Assembly: GCA_036172245.1 (NCBI GenBank)
Contig: JAYWIR010000001.1
Span: 8,680,001 to 8,744,000 of the forward strand
DNA: 64,000 bases
Origin: Raillietiella orientalis
Taxonomy: Eukaryota
Direction: 5' to 3'
Part shown: positions 28,382 to 40,308 of the stretch, one piece after another
Numbering within the stretch: the first letter of the stretch is position 1
Layout of the letters: each line of letters begins with the position of its first letter
The notes under the pieces: generated by a model
What the model saw: the letters and a program-made list of their open reading frames with translations, nothing else
Databases searched by the model: none
What the model was told of the DNA's origin: nothing
Position numbers and translations under genes: made by a program

Positions 28382-29178
28382 TCCCCGGCTATCAGTTGCA
28401 CTCTCCGCACGCCTGCTTCGGTCAGCCAGTCTCATTTCAGGCCCTCGAAGAACACTGTCCGTTCTAAGTGGGTCCGATTGCCGCTGGACGCATAGGTTCG
28501 TGGTGACGAGGTCGATCGAGTCGTACCACTTGACCACAAGCTGTCCAACTCGATCGTCCTCGTCGAAGCGCACGTCCCGTACGGCTCCGCAGGAGTAGAG
28601 GGAGCCGCAACACCAGAGTAACCTGCCAACAGCGATCCTTTCGATTTCCTGGGCTTCCTGTGAGGAGATCAAGTGGATCTCCTGCAGCAGCACCAGGTCG
28701 AAGTCTCGCAGAGTGGCAGTGGGCATGTCCCGTCTCTTGCTGCTGTCGCGCAGTCCGTTGACGTTCCAACAGGTCACGCGTAGCCGGCGGCGAGAGGCGA
28801 GCCCGGGATTTACTCCAGGGGAAACTGGAGATCGGGTACCCACCCGCGCAGGGGGCGGGTGGCCTTCAGGGAGATTAAGGACCATGAACACCTCAGCGGT
28901 CGCTTCGATCTCCATTACCTCCTCTGCGTCGGAGCGCGGGACTTTCTCCGGTGACGAGTCCCGCGTTCCCACGCTCATGGCTGCCTCGCTTCTGGAGGCC
29001 GGCTCTTCCCCTTCTCCAGGCTCTTCCCCTTCGCGTCTCCGGGGAGTCTTTGAATTCCGTCCGGCCTTCCGGTGCAGTGTAGCGACTGAGGATGAGCTTC
29101 CGCCTTCTTGGTCGGAGTCCGGGATTTCGGACCCCTTCCCGGCGGCCGAACGCCTCAAGACCTTTTTTTCCACCTTGA

Positions 29179-30067
29179 TTTGACACCCGGTTGCGCCGAG
29201 GAATTTATTTTTAGAAAATAAACATAGATGTCGGTGGCAGGACGCTCGGTCCTGCCACGTTTCAAACGGATCCATGGGATCCTGCCGAGAACCGGCGTGC
29301 AGGTGGACGAGGTTCGCCTCGGCAACAGTGGGGGAGAGGTACAAACAAGCAGGAAAAAAAAAAAAAGAAAATGTATACAAAAAAACTTGGGAGGGTTCGG
29401 GAAGGGTCACCGGGTGCAGAAAAGAGTACTCTGCATTCTTGCCAGGATGCCGTCAAGTTCCTGTTTCAGGATTCCCAGATGGGACCAAATTGACGCCATT
29501 CTCAAGAAGAGGACAACAAAGTGGATGACCTCCCTATCGTCCTGGCCTCTTCTTGAGTTGCCCCACGCAGCCACGATCCCGCGTACTGTAGGCAGCACAG
29601 TGCTGCTAGAAGTGTGGCCAGCTTGAGAGCGTCGTTCAGGAAGAAAGGTTTCATAATGTCTCTGCGGTTACCCTCGGGGATCTGCAGGGACACAGCAAAG
29701 CGTTCCCAAGGGGCGGAGAGGGGGGGGCAGCACAATCCATGAGCAGTTGCGGGAAAGACTCTCTTTCTCCTCACCTGCTGCAGCTGGAGCTCCTACTCAC
29801 TCCTGCGGGTACAATGGTGTAGGTGGGCGTCTCACGGGAGGCTCCAATGCAAAACAGGGATCGCCGACCCCTGCCACTTGAGAGAAGGGTAGCACTGTAC
29901 CAGCACGCTAGGGGCCGCTGCACTTCCTTCGGAGGAATTCTTAGCAGCTCTCCCCAGCGTAGCAGCCCTTTTGGATCGATACTCGGGGAGGCAGCGTCCG
30001 TCAGCTTCCGAGTTGTCCACGCACTGAGTTGTTTTTTTCAATAGTGTTGTCAATAGTGCACTTCACC
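29179..30067 (-). mobile_element. 5'-truncated L1/Tx1 element, subfamily beta copy 2
   Basis: PSLKWQGSAIPVLHW, beta-type 3' UTR and terminal motif. TTCCACCTT repeated at ~29168-29176 and 30068-30076 (probable TSD). Confidence 0.75.
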
Positions 30068-30339
30068 TTCCACCTTATCGGAAGGTCGCTGTCCTTTTCT
30101 TCCCGTAGGGAAGGCAGCACTAGGATAAGAGGAGTCAACGACTCCCAGAGCATCGAAGCTGGAAGGGAACTTCCGGGTGAGCGGACAACCCAGGATCCGA
30201 CGGGCGCTGCGACCCCGAGTGTCTCGCACAGGACTTCTCCGCTGGGGCGAGCTGCTGGGGGTTCCTCAAGAATCCCTGATGTGGCCCTCGGTGCTCCAGG
30301 ACGACGTAGCCCTCCCAGTAGAATAGCAGGAACAGGCGT

Positions 30340-30996
30340 TGCTGCTGCCGCATTGGGAAATCCCCAATGCAAAGCGTGCATTCCTCACTGGACCAGGGGG
30401 ACGGTGAGTATGAAGTGCTATAGGCGAGGGAAAAGGGAGACCCTTTCGTGCCTGCTTCTCGACTGTATTGGCCCTTCGGACCCTGTGGGAACGTTTCTCG
30501 AGGGCCATCCGGATGTCCGGGAGCAATCCCAGAGACGTGCTCGAGCACCTCTTCGTGAGTGAAGCGCTGCCCCGGGCTGCGTGCCTGGCAACCGTTTGTT
30601 GCATGCGGGGCGCCGTAGCGCATGGAATGCCGCGAGAAGAGGACAGCCCGACAGAGGTACCATCAACCGGACGAAACTCTTCCTGGGAATCGCCGCGAGA
30701 TGACACCATCTGGGAACCAACAAACGCCAACTCGCCAAGGTCCTTCAGAGGGTGAACGGCGCGTCGCGGGATACACAGGGATCCTTTCCTTTTCATCACC
30801 CCACCCCACCACCACAGACAAAAGCCTTTTACCTTTTTTGTTCATTTTTGTTTTGTTTTTCCCCATACTCCGTGCCCGCGCGAAAATCCTACTGGCAAGT
30901 GGTCCCACTTGAACATGGCAGAACCCATTGTTCACCACAAGAATGTATTATTATCATATTTTTGTAATAAATGCCCCGTCAAGTCCAGATGAAAAC
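30340..30996 (+). mobile_element. 5'-truncated L1/Tx1 element, subfamily alpha
   Basis: HWTRGTVSMKC..GKRETLSCLLLDC. Degenerate terminus AATAAATGCCCCGTCAAGTCCAGATGAAAA at 30966-30995. Confidence 0.7.
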
Positions 30997-31499
30997 GCTG
31001 GTACTCCTTCTGGCGAGAATCACTCGAAAGAGATCCGCTCGAAGAGCTTTCCGTTCTTCCCAAGTTCGCTTCCCTGGCTCCCTGCAATTTCCATTCTGGA
31101 AGACTTTTCGTAGGATGATAAGTCAGAGGTTCCCTGCTCAGCTTCTTTCGGTGGTTTCCCCTCTTGACGACGGAAACTTCCAATTTACTAGATTGTTTTT
31201 TTCGGCTCTTCTCGCAGCTTCGAAAGCAAAAAAAAAATTTTTTTTATCATCAGTCGACGCTCCCTCCTTCTCGCCCCGGGCCTGAAACTAAAGATCTTCC
31301 GGCTGCTTCTGAGATGGGGGTCCAACTGGCCTTTCCTTCTTTCGCTGCGCCTTTTTATCCGAAACCGGTCTTCTTCGGCCCCTTCCCCTGCCGCTGGGTC
31401 GTTTGCCCGGATCACGCTGTCTGATACAGCCGCTTCTGGTGAGTATCCGGCACGCCACAGGTGACCACGGACTGGGGAACCTAACCCGGGCTAACCCGG

Positions 31500-31650
31500 G
31501 GGGGTTCCCTCTTCAGGGTGTCAGAAGCGAGCTGCTCTCTTTGTGAAGTGCTCTTCAGAGAAATAGTAAAAGAGTCCCTTCAGGGTTCTCTTCAGAGGGG
31601 TAACAAGGAGCGGTTCCCTTGTTAGGGATCCCTCTGGAGAAGAAATTCCA
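31500..31650 (+). repeat. Interspersed SINE-like repeat, copy 2 (fragment)
   Basis: GTGTCAGAAGCGAGCTGCT...CTTCAGAGAAAT...GTCCCTTCAGGGTTCTCTTC matches copies 1 and 3. Confidence 0.6.
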
Positions 31651-31702
31651 ACAGTGCTATGCTACTTGGTTTTCCTCGCCGGCGCGCCAGAGTCCTGCTG
31701 GC

Positions 31703-32191
31703 CTGACACCCGGTTGCGCCAGGGAGTTTATCTATAGAAAATAAACTCACAAGCAGGTGGCAGGGCCCCTGGACCTGAAACGTTGCAAATGCAACAAAGG
31801 GAATCTGCAGAGAACCGGCACGCAGTCCGGGGAGGTTCGCCTTGGCAGCAGAGGGGGGGTGGGGGGGACAAGCAAAAACACACATAAAACAAAAAGAATG
31901 TATACGAAAAATGGGGAGGGTTCGGGAAAGGGTTCTCGGGTGCTGGAAAGCGTCCTCTGAATCCTTGCCAGGATGCTGGCAAGTTCCTGTTTCAGGATTC
32001 CAAGATGGGACCATCTTGACGCCATTCTCAAGAAGAGGACAACAAAGTGGATGACGTCCCTGTCGTCCTGGCCTCCTCTTGCGTTGTTTCATGCAGCCAC
32101 GATCCCGCTTATAGCAGGCAGCACAGTGCTGCTAGGGGTGCGGCCGGCTTGAAAGAGTCAAGCAGGAATAGGCGCTTCATAACGTCTCTGC
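31703..32191 (-). mobile_element. 5'-truncated L1/Tx1 element, subfamily beta copy 3
   Basis: Shares CAGGATTCC.AGATGGGACCA..TTGACGCCATTCTCAAGAAGAGGACAACAAAGTGGATGAC with copy 2. CCTGCTGGC at 31694-31702 and 32192-32200 (probable TSD). Confidence 0.8.
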
Positions 32192-32999
32192 CCTGCTGGC
32201 AGCCAGTGTGACAGACTGCGCGCGAGCGCGAGCAAGTTGCATCCCTCCGGCACTCTCTCGTGCCGGAAGTCGGAACTTGTGAGCACCGCAACCATGTGGT
32301 AAAGTGGACTCAGTGGCTGAGCGCGTGCAATTCTGCGACTTCTCTCAAGACCGCAACTTTCAGCAAAAAAAGAAGCTTCCACGCTCCCGCAAGCATCGTT
32401 AAGGATTAACGACTACGTAAGCGGAGGAATAGATGGGTCTTTTCGCCTAAGGCAAGGGGCGAGCTCCAAGGTCGGATAATGGCGGGGCAAATGGGCCACA
32501 TTACTTAGTTGTGGTCGCCGGAAGATGGGAAGCTATTGGAGCAATGAAGTTGTTTAATTAGCAGTCACTCATCCGAATATACTTTACCTGCTAGGTCAAA
32601 GGAGAGGAGAGGAATAAATATCCTTGGTCACATTACATCCTGTTCCGGTAGTGCGAGCTGATTTATAAGGTCCTCATGGTACTCTGCTCTTTCGCCTTGC
32701 CAACGTCAATCAGTGACGGAATTTAATCTGCTTAACAGGCAGTTTCGCGTAGCGAGCGCAAAGTACGTCCCGTGGGTACTGCACAAGAGGGCTTTTATGG
32801 TACCTGTGCGTTCTTTGTATAATTTCGTATTAACAGCCCATCAATCGAAACACTTCAGATAATCATTGCACGGTCTTGTATCCCGGCAACCAAGGATCGG
32901 CAAGTGGGCGAGAGCACAAAGGTTGGGGAGCGCTGCGCGGCTGCCTTTCCTGACTCTCAGTTTCGTTCCCTGAAAGATTGCCTTGCTCTAACTGCCTCC

Positions 33000-34301
33000 C
33001 CCTTTTGCATCAATAAGAGGGGATGAGCTTCCTCCTCCTTTTTCCTCCTTTCAGGAAGAGAACAAGTGCATGAATCTGGAAGACGCTTCCTGGAGTTGGC
33101 CCCGCGGAAGACAGCCCCTGGAAACACTGCTCTCCGGTGTTCTGCACGCTGCCAGCTCCCCACCAAGCTCCAGCTGGATGCTGCCGACGTGGGATGGCAG
33201 GGAGTTGAGAAACTTTTTTCAGGCCGCCAAGCTCTTTTGCCCGTTTGTCCGGAGCCTCCTTTGCAAACCGAGAAATATGAGCGGTCCATGTGGATGGTAC
33301 ATCCGCTGGCTCTGGAAAATATCACGGGGAGGAGGAAGAAAAATACCGACTAGCAGGCCGACTCGCTGCCCGCCATCTTCATGGCTCTTCCGCCATTGTG
33401 ACGGGAGAACCGTGGAGGCGGTGGGCAGCAAGCTGGCGCTACTGGCCTGCCTTCGGCCACCTCCTTCGCCTCACCGGTACCCTTCACTTTCGAGACCCTC
33501 AGCAAGTGGGCGGTTTCCCACGAGACCTCTAGGAAGCTGGAGTGCTCACCGGCTCGACGAAAGTGACACTCTCGGAGGACTGGTTCGCTGGAGTAAACTT
33601 TAAGGCATCCCACCTGAAGAGCAGCAGGTACGCTGGTGATCGCGAAGAACACGCGCCTCTCCCTCGAGCGGCAGCAGCTGGCACTGCTGACGTTGCATTG
33701 GGCGCACTCCCATGCAACGCGAGCCGCCGTCACTGGAAGGATATGGGAGAGGGGAAGGGGATCAGAGCCAATCTCTCCATGCGCGGGGAGGAAGAGACCT
33801 TCTCTCTCTTGCTCGTGACGTGAGTAACCATGCGGGCACTGTGGGGACGTCTCATTGTGCCCCTCCCTTCCACAGTGACCAGTCCGGTGAACATCATTGA
33901 AGAAACCCTTTGCGCGGAGCCCCGGTCCAGCTGCCGCCGTCGCAGCGCCCACGCCTGCCTACGCGAGGCCTTCACTTCCGGGTACGACGCCGAGAGAGGG
34001 CGGCGCGGGGTAGCCGCTGTCCTCTTCGCCGTCCGGTTCCTTCGGAACGCTGCCAGTTGGGTCCAACCAGCAGCCACCAAGAGGAGCTTGTCGTCATCCT
34101 GCGAAAGATGCAGAGACCCCACGTCGCGGAATGTCACCCTTCCGTCACCTCCTAATTCCACCAGAATGTTTTTGCTTTTCTTCCTTTTCCTCTTTCCTTT
34201 TTTCCTCAGGCGATGATCGGACTCTCTGTGTATTTCTCTCACACTCTCTCTTTCTCCCTCTTGTAAAAAAAATTAAACGCCTCGGAGCAACGGGTGACAA
34301 C
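33000..34301. mobile_element. Decayed L1/Tx1 fragments plus a short plus-strand 3' end
   Basis: Minus-strand linker and post-RT remnants. T-rich UTR ending AATTAAACGCCTCGGAGCAACGGGTGACAA at 34271-34300. Confidence 0.5.
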
Positions 34302-37300
34302 TCACGCCGGTTGCACAGAAGGGCCGGAAGAGTGTAGGGGAAGCGGGCACCAGATGAACAAGTGAAAGGGGGAAAGGGTCAGGGGCCATCGGTCACACCC
34401 GCTGCATCCTCTTTCGGAACCCGCGTGCGAAGCAGGCAGCGACCTCTTCCACCCTGGCAACCTTCAAAGACTGCATTGCCACATTCCTAATCTCAACAGC
34501 GTCGCGCCCTCCTTCCTGGATGGCGCTCCTCCTGCGCGTTCCGGGAGGCTGCGATCACTCTCCTGGAGCAACGCAAGGCTGGGACGATCGGATGGGAGAA
34601 AGAGAGCGTCTCTCTCGAAGCGGCACCGCAGCAGCTCTTCAGGAGGGCCTTCGGGCCGAGGCGGAGCAGCTGCGAGGAGTTTCCGCTCGCCGCCGGAGGT
34701 TGCCGCGGTTCTCAGAGATAATGCCTCTGGGAAAGATCCCCCAGTGTGGGAGCAGCAAAACCTCTGAGATGGGGGGGGGGGGGAGAGTTGGCCGAGAAGA
34801 CGGAAGGGATCGCAAATCCCCAACGGTGGAAGTGGATAATCCGTGGGTCGTTTGAAAATCATATCAGTCGCTGGTTACAAACTCGTCGCCGGCATATCAA
34901 ATGAAATTCGTCCTTAGATGGACGTGCATGTCGCCTGGAACACGGGATATGAACTGAAAATAGGAATGGGGTGCATTTGAAGGTTCAAAATGGCGGAAGC
35001 ATGCAACTGCGAAGACAGCAACACGCGCACGGAGCTCCCGGCCAGGTGCGAGAGGTTCTCAAGAGGGCAGGATTCTCTCGCGGCATCGCATCAGTCCGGG
35101 ATCCGTCCCAGGAGAACTCGCTTTCGTCGTCTACGAGACTCGGGAACAGGGAAGAGGGTCCTCTGTTTCGTATCTGGCATCTGAACAAGATGGTGGTCGA
35201 GAGCGAGAAGGGACCGAGGTCCGCCGCCGCTCCCACTGCTCGTCCGAAGAGCAGTCGCAGCTTCCCACCCCTACTGCGTTCCCTGTGGCGCGCCGAGACC
35301 CCTGGCACTGATCGCTCGCTCCTCGAGCTCCTGCCAGTGGTCCATCGTCGGTAGCTGCGTTCCGTTCGATGACAACGCGGAGGTGGCCGGGTCTCGAGCA
35401 ACATTTGCTAGCGTTTTCGCCCACCTGCTGCGCCACTGTCGCCGCAAGGAGGGTGCCGGTCGCCATGTTTTTTTCTCTCTCTCCTTCCCTATCCCCTTTT
35501 TTCGAAATTTCAGCGGCCCCTTCTTCCTGCTCGAAACTTCCTCGATAGCCATAAAAGATCTCATTTTCTCCACACGCACACGCGTGCGCCGACACATTAG
35601 TCTGGAGTGTCGTGGGGACCTCGAAGGCGGCCGTTCGATTCGAGGGCGATCACGTGACACGTGCGGCGAGCTCGATGGGGAGGCGGGGGGAGGAGGGGGG
35701 AGGGGCGCGGCGGCAGTTTTTGCCAAGTGCCCCTCGAGGATGCGGCAGCGGCGAAGGGAGCTCCGATCCCCGAATCCCCGGTCGGATATCCATCTCGGGA
35801 ACGACCTCGGCGGCAGGGGAATGCGCCCGTCGCTTTCGTCTTCCGGAACTCCTCCCGGCTCGTGCCACGCTCTCCGGCGGGCGGGCACCCCCGTCCCTCG
35901 GGAGCGAACGCATCTCGCGCCTTTCCTCCTGCTGCACTGTCAGCACTCCCCGCCTGCCTCCGGAGGCTGGATCATGCTGACTCCACGGAAAACTCTTCTC
36001 CTGAGTCTCCCGGGCTCCCTTCCCTACTATGGGCCACGGATTTTGCAGGGATTTAGCCGGACGTCCCCCACATCTGTGATCCTGAGACTCTCCTTCCCGC
36101 TCCCTCCACTGGGGGAGAAGCCGGTAGGGAGCGTGCGCGTCTGCATTTCCTCCGCGCCTTAGTAGGGCGAGTCAGAAAGGGAGAAACGAAGGAGGGAGTA
36201 GGTCCGCAAACAAAGTCTGAGGTGCGGGGAGCAAAAGGTCTCGTACATCCTTCTTCCTCCTTCCTTCCTCCTCTTCCATTCCTGCCCCCCCCCCTTCCCC
36301 TGGCCCCTTTCGGGAACTCGGGACTCAGCAGCTGCCCCTGGAGGCCACTTTCAGCCCAACGGGTGCGGCGAGGGTGAAGAAGGAAAGGAGCCGCGTTTCA
36401 GGGCTCCCTGATGGGCACTCGCCGCTGCCGTCGCCTAAGTTGCCGGGCGACCTCCAACCCGGAGGCAGGGAAAGAGGTTTCCCACACACACCTGCCCGGA
36501 TGGTTGGCAACTGGATCGCCTTCTGGAGCCCACTCCACGGGTCCACCTAGAGGGATGCGGCGCGACCTCCTCTCCTGTCCTCCCATACTTTCCGAAAGAG
36601 GAAAACGCGCTGTGGAGGGAGGGAAGGGGGCCATCGCCCTTACCTCCTCTCCCCTTCTTCCTCCGCCCTCCTCTTGTCCCCTCTTCCATCGAGTCCGCCT
36701 TTCCCGGCCGTCTATCACCCTCCCCTTTCTGCCGCCGTCGCCGATCCCCGCTCCCCCTCTCCGACGTTTTATCGATGGCCGTTCCCGGTCCCGTCACGGA
36801 AGCCGGAGCTCCCCCCTTGCCTGAGCCCCGCAATTACCTGTCGCGCGCCCCTCCCCCCTACTCCCGACGGGAGCGCCGGGAACGTCTCACTTCCCAGAGC
36901 GGCACCCCGCAAATCGCCCCCTCTTCCCTCCTTCCCTCTCCAGCAGGGGGAAGCGGGGGAGGAGGAATCGCTCCTGCGTGTCCCGCCGCCGCCGGGAGCG
37001 GACGGTCCCGACCCGATCGATGCGCAGGGACTCGCGCCTCGACGCGCATCCAGGAAGACGGAGGGAGGGAAGGATAGGGTGGGATCCAGAGAGCGGCTCC
37101 TTGGACGCATCCAGAATCGGGAGACGGGGCGCTTTCCCTCGGCCCGCGCGACCCAGGCGTTGCCATGGCAGTTGCGCGAAGGGGTGGTGGGGCCGCCCCT
37201 TCCTGGAAACCTCCCAATTAGAAGAAAGAAAGCAGCAGCCCCTCCATACCCACTCTTCGAGGGAAGGGATAGAGGGAGGGGATCGAGGTCTTTCTCTCCG

Positions 37301-38499
37301 CGGCACCATGCCTTCGGTGTCGCCCAAGTGGGGCGCAGAGAACGACCCTGGGAAGTCACAACCGGACCAGGGCGTCCGTCCCCGATCTCGGATGCTACTG
37401 CGAGGCAGATCTACCCTTCCCACCCACCCCGATACGCCCCTCGGTGGGGAGTCGCAGCAGCGCCACCGTAGCTCGCCCGTCTTGACCCGGATGCGGAAGA
37501 GCGCACAGCGTTTTCAGGATTGCTACCTTCTGCTGCAGGCGGCGACTCCATTCCCCGTGCGAACCGGGCAGTGTGAGTGGGGAGGGCAGGCAGACTTGGG
37601 AAGGAGGGGCTCGCTGGGAGCGCAGATTGAGAGGAGGATCACAGGGCATGGGCGCGCTGTGGGAGTCGAAGGCCCTCACCTCACTCCATCCCTCACTCGG
37701 CCCCTCCGCTGGTTCTTCCGCTTCCCTCTGCGGGTCCAAGGCCTCGCGGACTTCTCAGATCCCCTACCTTTCTCCCGCGCGAAACCATCTGAGTCTCATG
37801 GACAGAGGAAATCGAAAAATGGGAGAGTCTGCGGGATTTCCGGTAGGGCCGATGGTTCCCTTACTCATCCCACGTCCTCCGGGATTCGGCGGGTCGTTCC
37901 CTCGGAGATCTTCTGGTCCGCCGGAAGAATAGCGCGCGCCAGGAATGGAAGGGAGAAAAAAAGGAGGGGGGAAGGAAGGAGGGGACGGGGGGAGAAGCTC
38001 TCGCGGACTGGCGGAGGTCCCTGGGGGGCAATCGAGGGAAGAAGGGAGGGGGGAAGACGATCCAGCAGCAGCGCCATCTTTGTGTCAGACCGGACGCCAG
38101 GTTGCCGGGCGATGCTCGGACCTGGTAAGGATGCCGGGAGCAGAGAACGGCGACTTTGGGTGCGTTCCCGGAACTTCGGGGAGAGCAAGCGGTCGCGCAC
38201 CAGGTGGCGGCGGTGCCTCCACCTCACCGTGGTCGGCCGGGCAGTCGCCATGGGAACGCGTCCCGCCTCGGGGAGGAAGCGATCCGTCCTGTGTTCCTCC
38301 CGAGTCCTCCCCTCGTCGACTCTGATCCTCCGCCCTGACCTTCGAATCCGCCCGCGGGCTCTCCAGACCAGAAGCTCTCCTCCCTTTTCCCTTCCCCCAG
38401 CATCCCCGGACCTGGGGGCGACGACGGCGACGACAGGGCGAGAAGAGAGAAACGTGTGCGGGGCTTCCGGGCGCTCGTCGTTTTCCGATGAGACGGGAG

Positions 38500-40308
38500 G
38501 GTGAAGGCGGCAGGAAAGAAGGGAAATCGTGGGGAAGGAAAATCCCTCCGATCTTCGCGCGGTTCAGCGAGAAATTGAGGCTCCACCTCACGGAGAAGCA
38601 GCAGCAGCATCTGAACCAAAGAAAAGGGTCACGTCCTGAGCGAGGCGTATTGCGAGTCTGCTGTCGGGGCTTTCTGGAGGTCGTTGCAGCCTGTTGGTGC
38701 GGTCGCGACCCAGGTCGCCACCCGCACAGACAACTCCCACTGGAAACGGCACCAGCTGCATACGGAATGCCTTTGCTGCCCCCTTCCTCTTCCCCTTGCT
38801 TTCTTTTTTTTCTCTTCTTTCTCCCTTCCCTCCCCCATTAGGCGAGGATCCGGGCGCAGCGTCTCCTTTGCCTTGTGTGGCTCTGCAAACTTCCAGCTTC
38901 GGCTCAAAGACTTGGTGGCGCCGCGTCAGGACTGGGGGCGTCTGGCTTCCATGAAAACATCGAACTCCGACTGCGGTCCCTACGGCTGGAGCTCCGTGCT
39001 ACATTGCGATACTCACTGCAGCCTACGTCCCCGTCCTCTGGAGCCGCGCCGGCAGCGAAGGACTTTGATAGGTGCTGCCGCCGCGCGGCCGTCACGGGAA
39101 GAGGGAACTGGTCTTCCCGTCGAGGCAACCGGGTTTACCCTTGGATCTTTCTGTCGCCCTCACGAGATGGAATGTCCGGCGTCAGGAACAGGTGAGGAAC
39201 TGGACTGTTGCCACTCTGGAAGAGCTCCCGGAAATACCCCGTCCTCTGTAGACTCCCTCCACCACTCACTAGGGGGTGACTTGCAGGAAGCGACGAGATT
39301 GGACTCAGATAGCCATCACACCCCTTGCCGCAGAGCTGTCTTCCCGTGGGTGAGCGGCGACAACGGCCTAATGAAAGGGAGGGGAGTTCTCCCTGCACCA
39401 TTGCGGTAGTCCCGAAACTCCTGGGCGCCTGGATGATGGACGAGTTGGGGGAAGCCGCCGCTCCTCACTCCTGAACGAAGCTGTCCCTTCTCCCGGGAGC
39501 GAGAAGGAAGGTCACTGCGCAAACAGAAGGGGCTAGGCGAGGACAATATGAGCCCTGCAGCGGCGAGTCGAGGGCGGGGTTGGCTCCGGTAGGGTGAGCG
39601 TCCGGGTGCGCCCCCCCAAAGAATCTGTGATCCTCCTCCTTATCCGGACACTTCGGTGTTGTCCCTGAGGTGGAAACCGGATGTGCTGCTGCTCCCTAGG
39701 TAGGAGCATCCGGCGCGATTTGCAGCTCCGGCACCTAATCTCCCGGGAAGATGAGATCTACCAGGTGTGCCACCCCCCACCTGGTTCCAGACCACAGTGC
39801 CCCCGTACGAGCTGTGGCGGTGGAGGTCACCTTCAGCGCTCCTGCTCCCGGAGGACGGCGCCAAGGAATCGCTGTGGCCGTTCTTCGCGCGCGGAGGTTC
39901 CTCCCCCGCTCTGGACAGGCGCCGCCGCGACCGCAGAGGCGCACTGCATTCCACTCCACGCGCTGGAGTCTCGGGGCGCAGCGGAGAATGGTCGTCCTCC
40001 TGGAGACCGCCCTCCCGAGGATGGCTGCGGGGACGGCCTCACCTGGAAGAGGGACTCGAGTTGGAGATCCCCGGTATTCCTCGCCGGTACTCAGACGGAA
40101 GGAGCGGCTGCAGCCAAAGACCCCTGTCCTTACTCTCCTCATCTTTTATCTGTTCATTCCTTGCCCTCCTCCATCACAGTCCGGACTCATCCCAGTGACC
40201 GACTTGCGTGTCGGTGAACCCTCCTCTTGAATTATTTGGCGACCGCGCTCCCGACTTGCCCGTTTCTCCCCTCTAAATAAACGCCCACGCGTGGCAGGAC
40301 GGAAAACA
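38500..40308 (+). mobile_element. Decayed L1/Tx1 element, subfamily gamma
   Basis: CTCAAAGACTTGG and CAGCGAAGGACT shared with 26929-28381. SVLSLRWKPDVLL, YELWR..SALL...FF, GI.RRYSD match 50457-50978. Degenerate terminus at 40276-40308. Left boundary approximate. Confidence 0.7.

Larger units (their letters stand above)
23649..29178 (-). mobile_element. Near full-length decayed L1/Tx1-type element (APE endonuclease, RT remnants, C-terminal zinc knuckle) hosting nested insertions
   Basis: LRVTCWNVNGL...DLVLLQEIH (~28780-28670), YAS..ER..FF..LIAGD (to 28381) continuing FN...IDKVF...SDH (26928-26720), NWRPITVVNANAKLLAK (~25805-25755), FKYLGVPL (~25415), LPLKWQ..HHWTRG..KCDSCGKKETFSNLLLDC (24449-24033), terminal motif at 23649-23679. 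RT core looks deleted or rearranged. Confidence 0.75.

Noticed and set aside
28142-29410. 422-aa ORF as a real gene
   Set aside because: Chance read-through across a beta 3' UTR, the host element's endonuclease start and the gamma insertion.
36978-38504. 508-aa ORF and the many overlapping ORFs in 19-45 kb
   Set aside because: Arg/Gly/Pro/Ser-rich with no domain. Expected from stop-codon scarcity in GC-rich decayed TE DNA.
39790-39855. Apparent gag-type knuckle CPRTSCGGGGHLQRSC suggesting an ORF1-only element
   Set aside because: An alternative frame matches the gamma ORF2 C-terminus (ELWR..SA...FF, RRYSD), so it is a shadow-frame coincidence.
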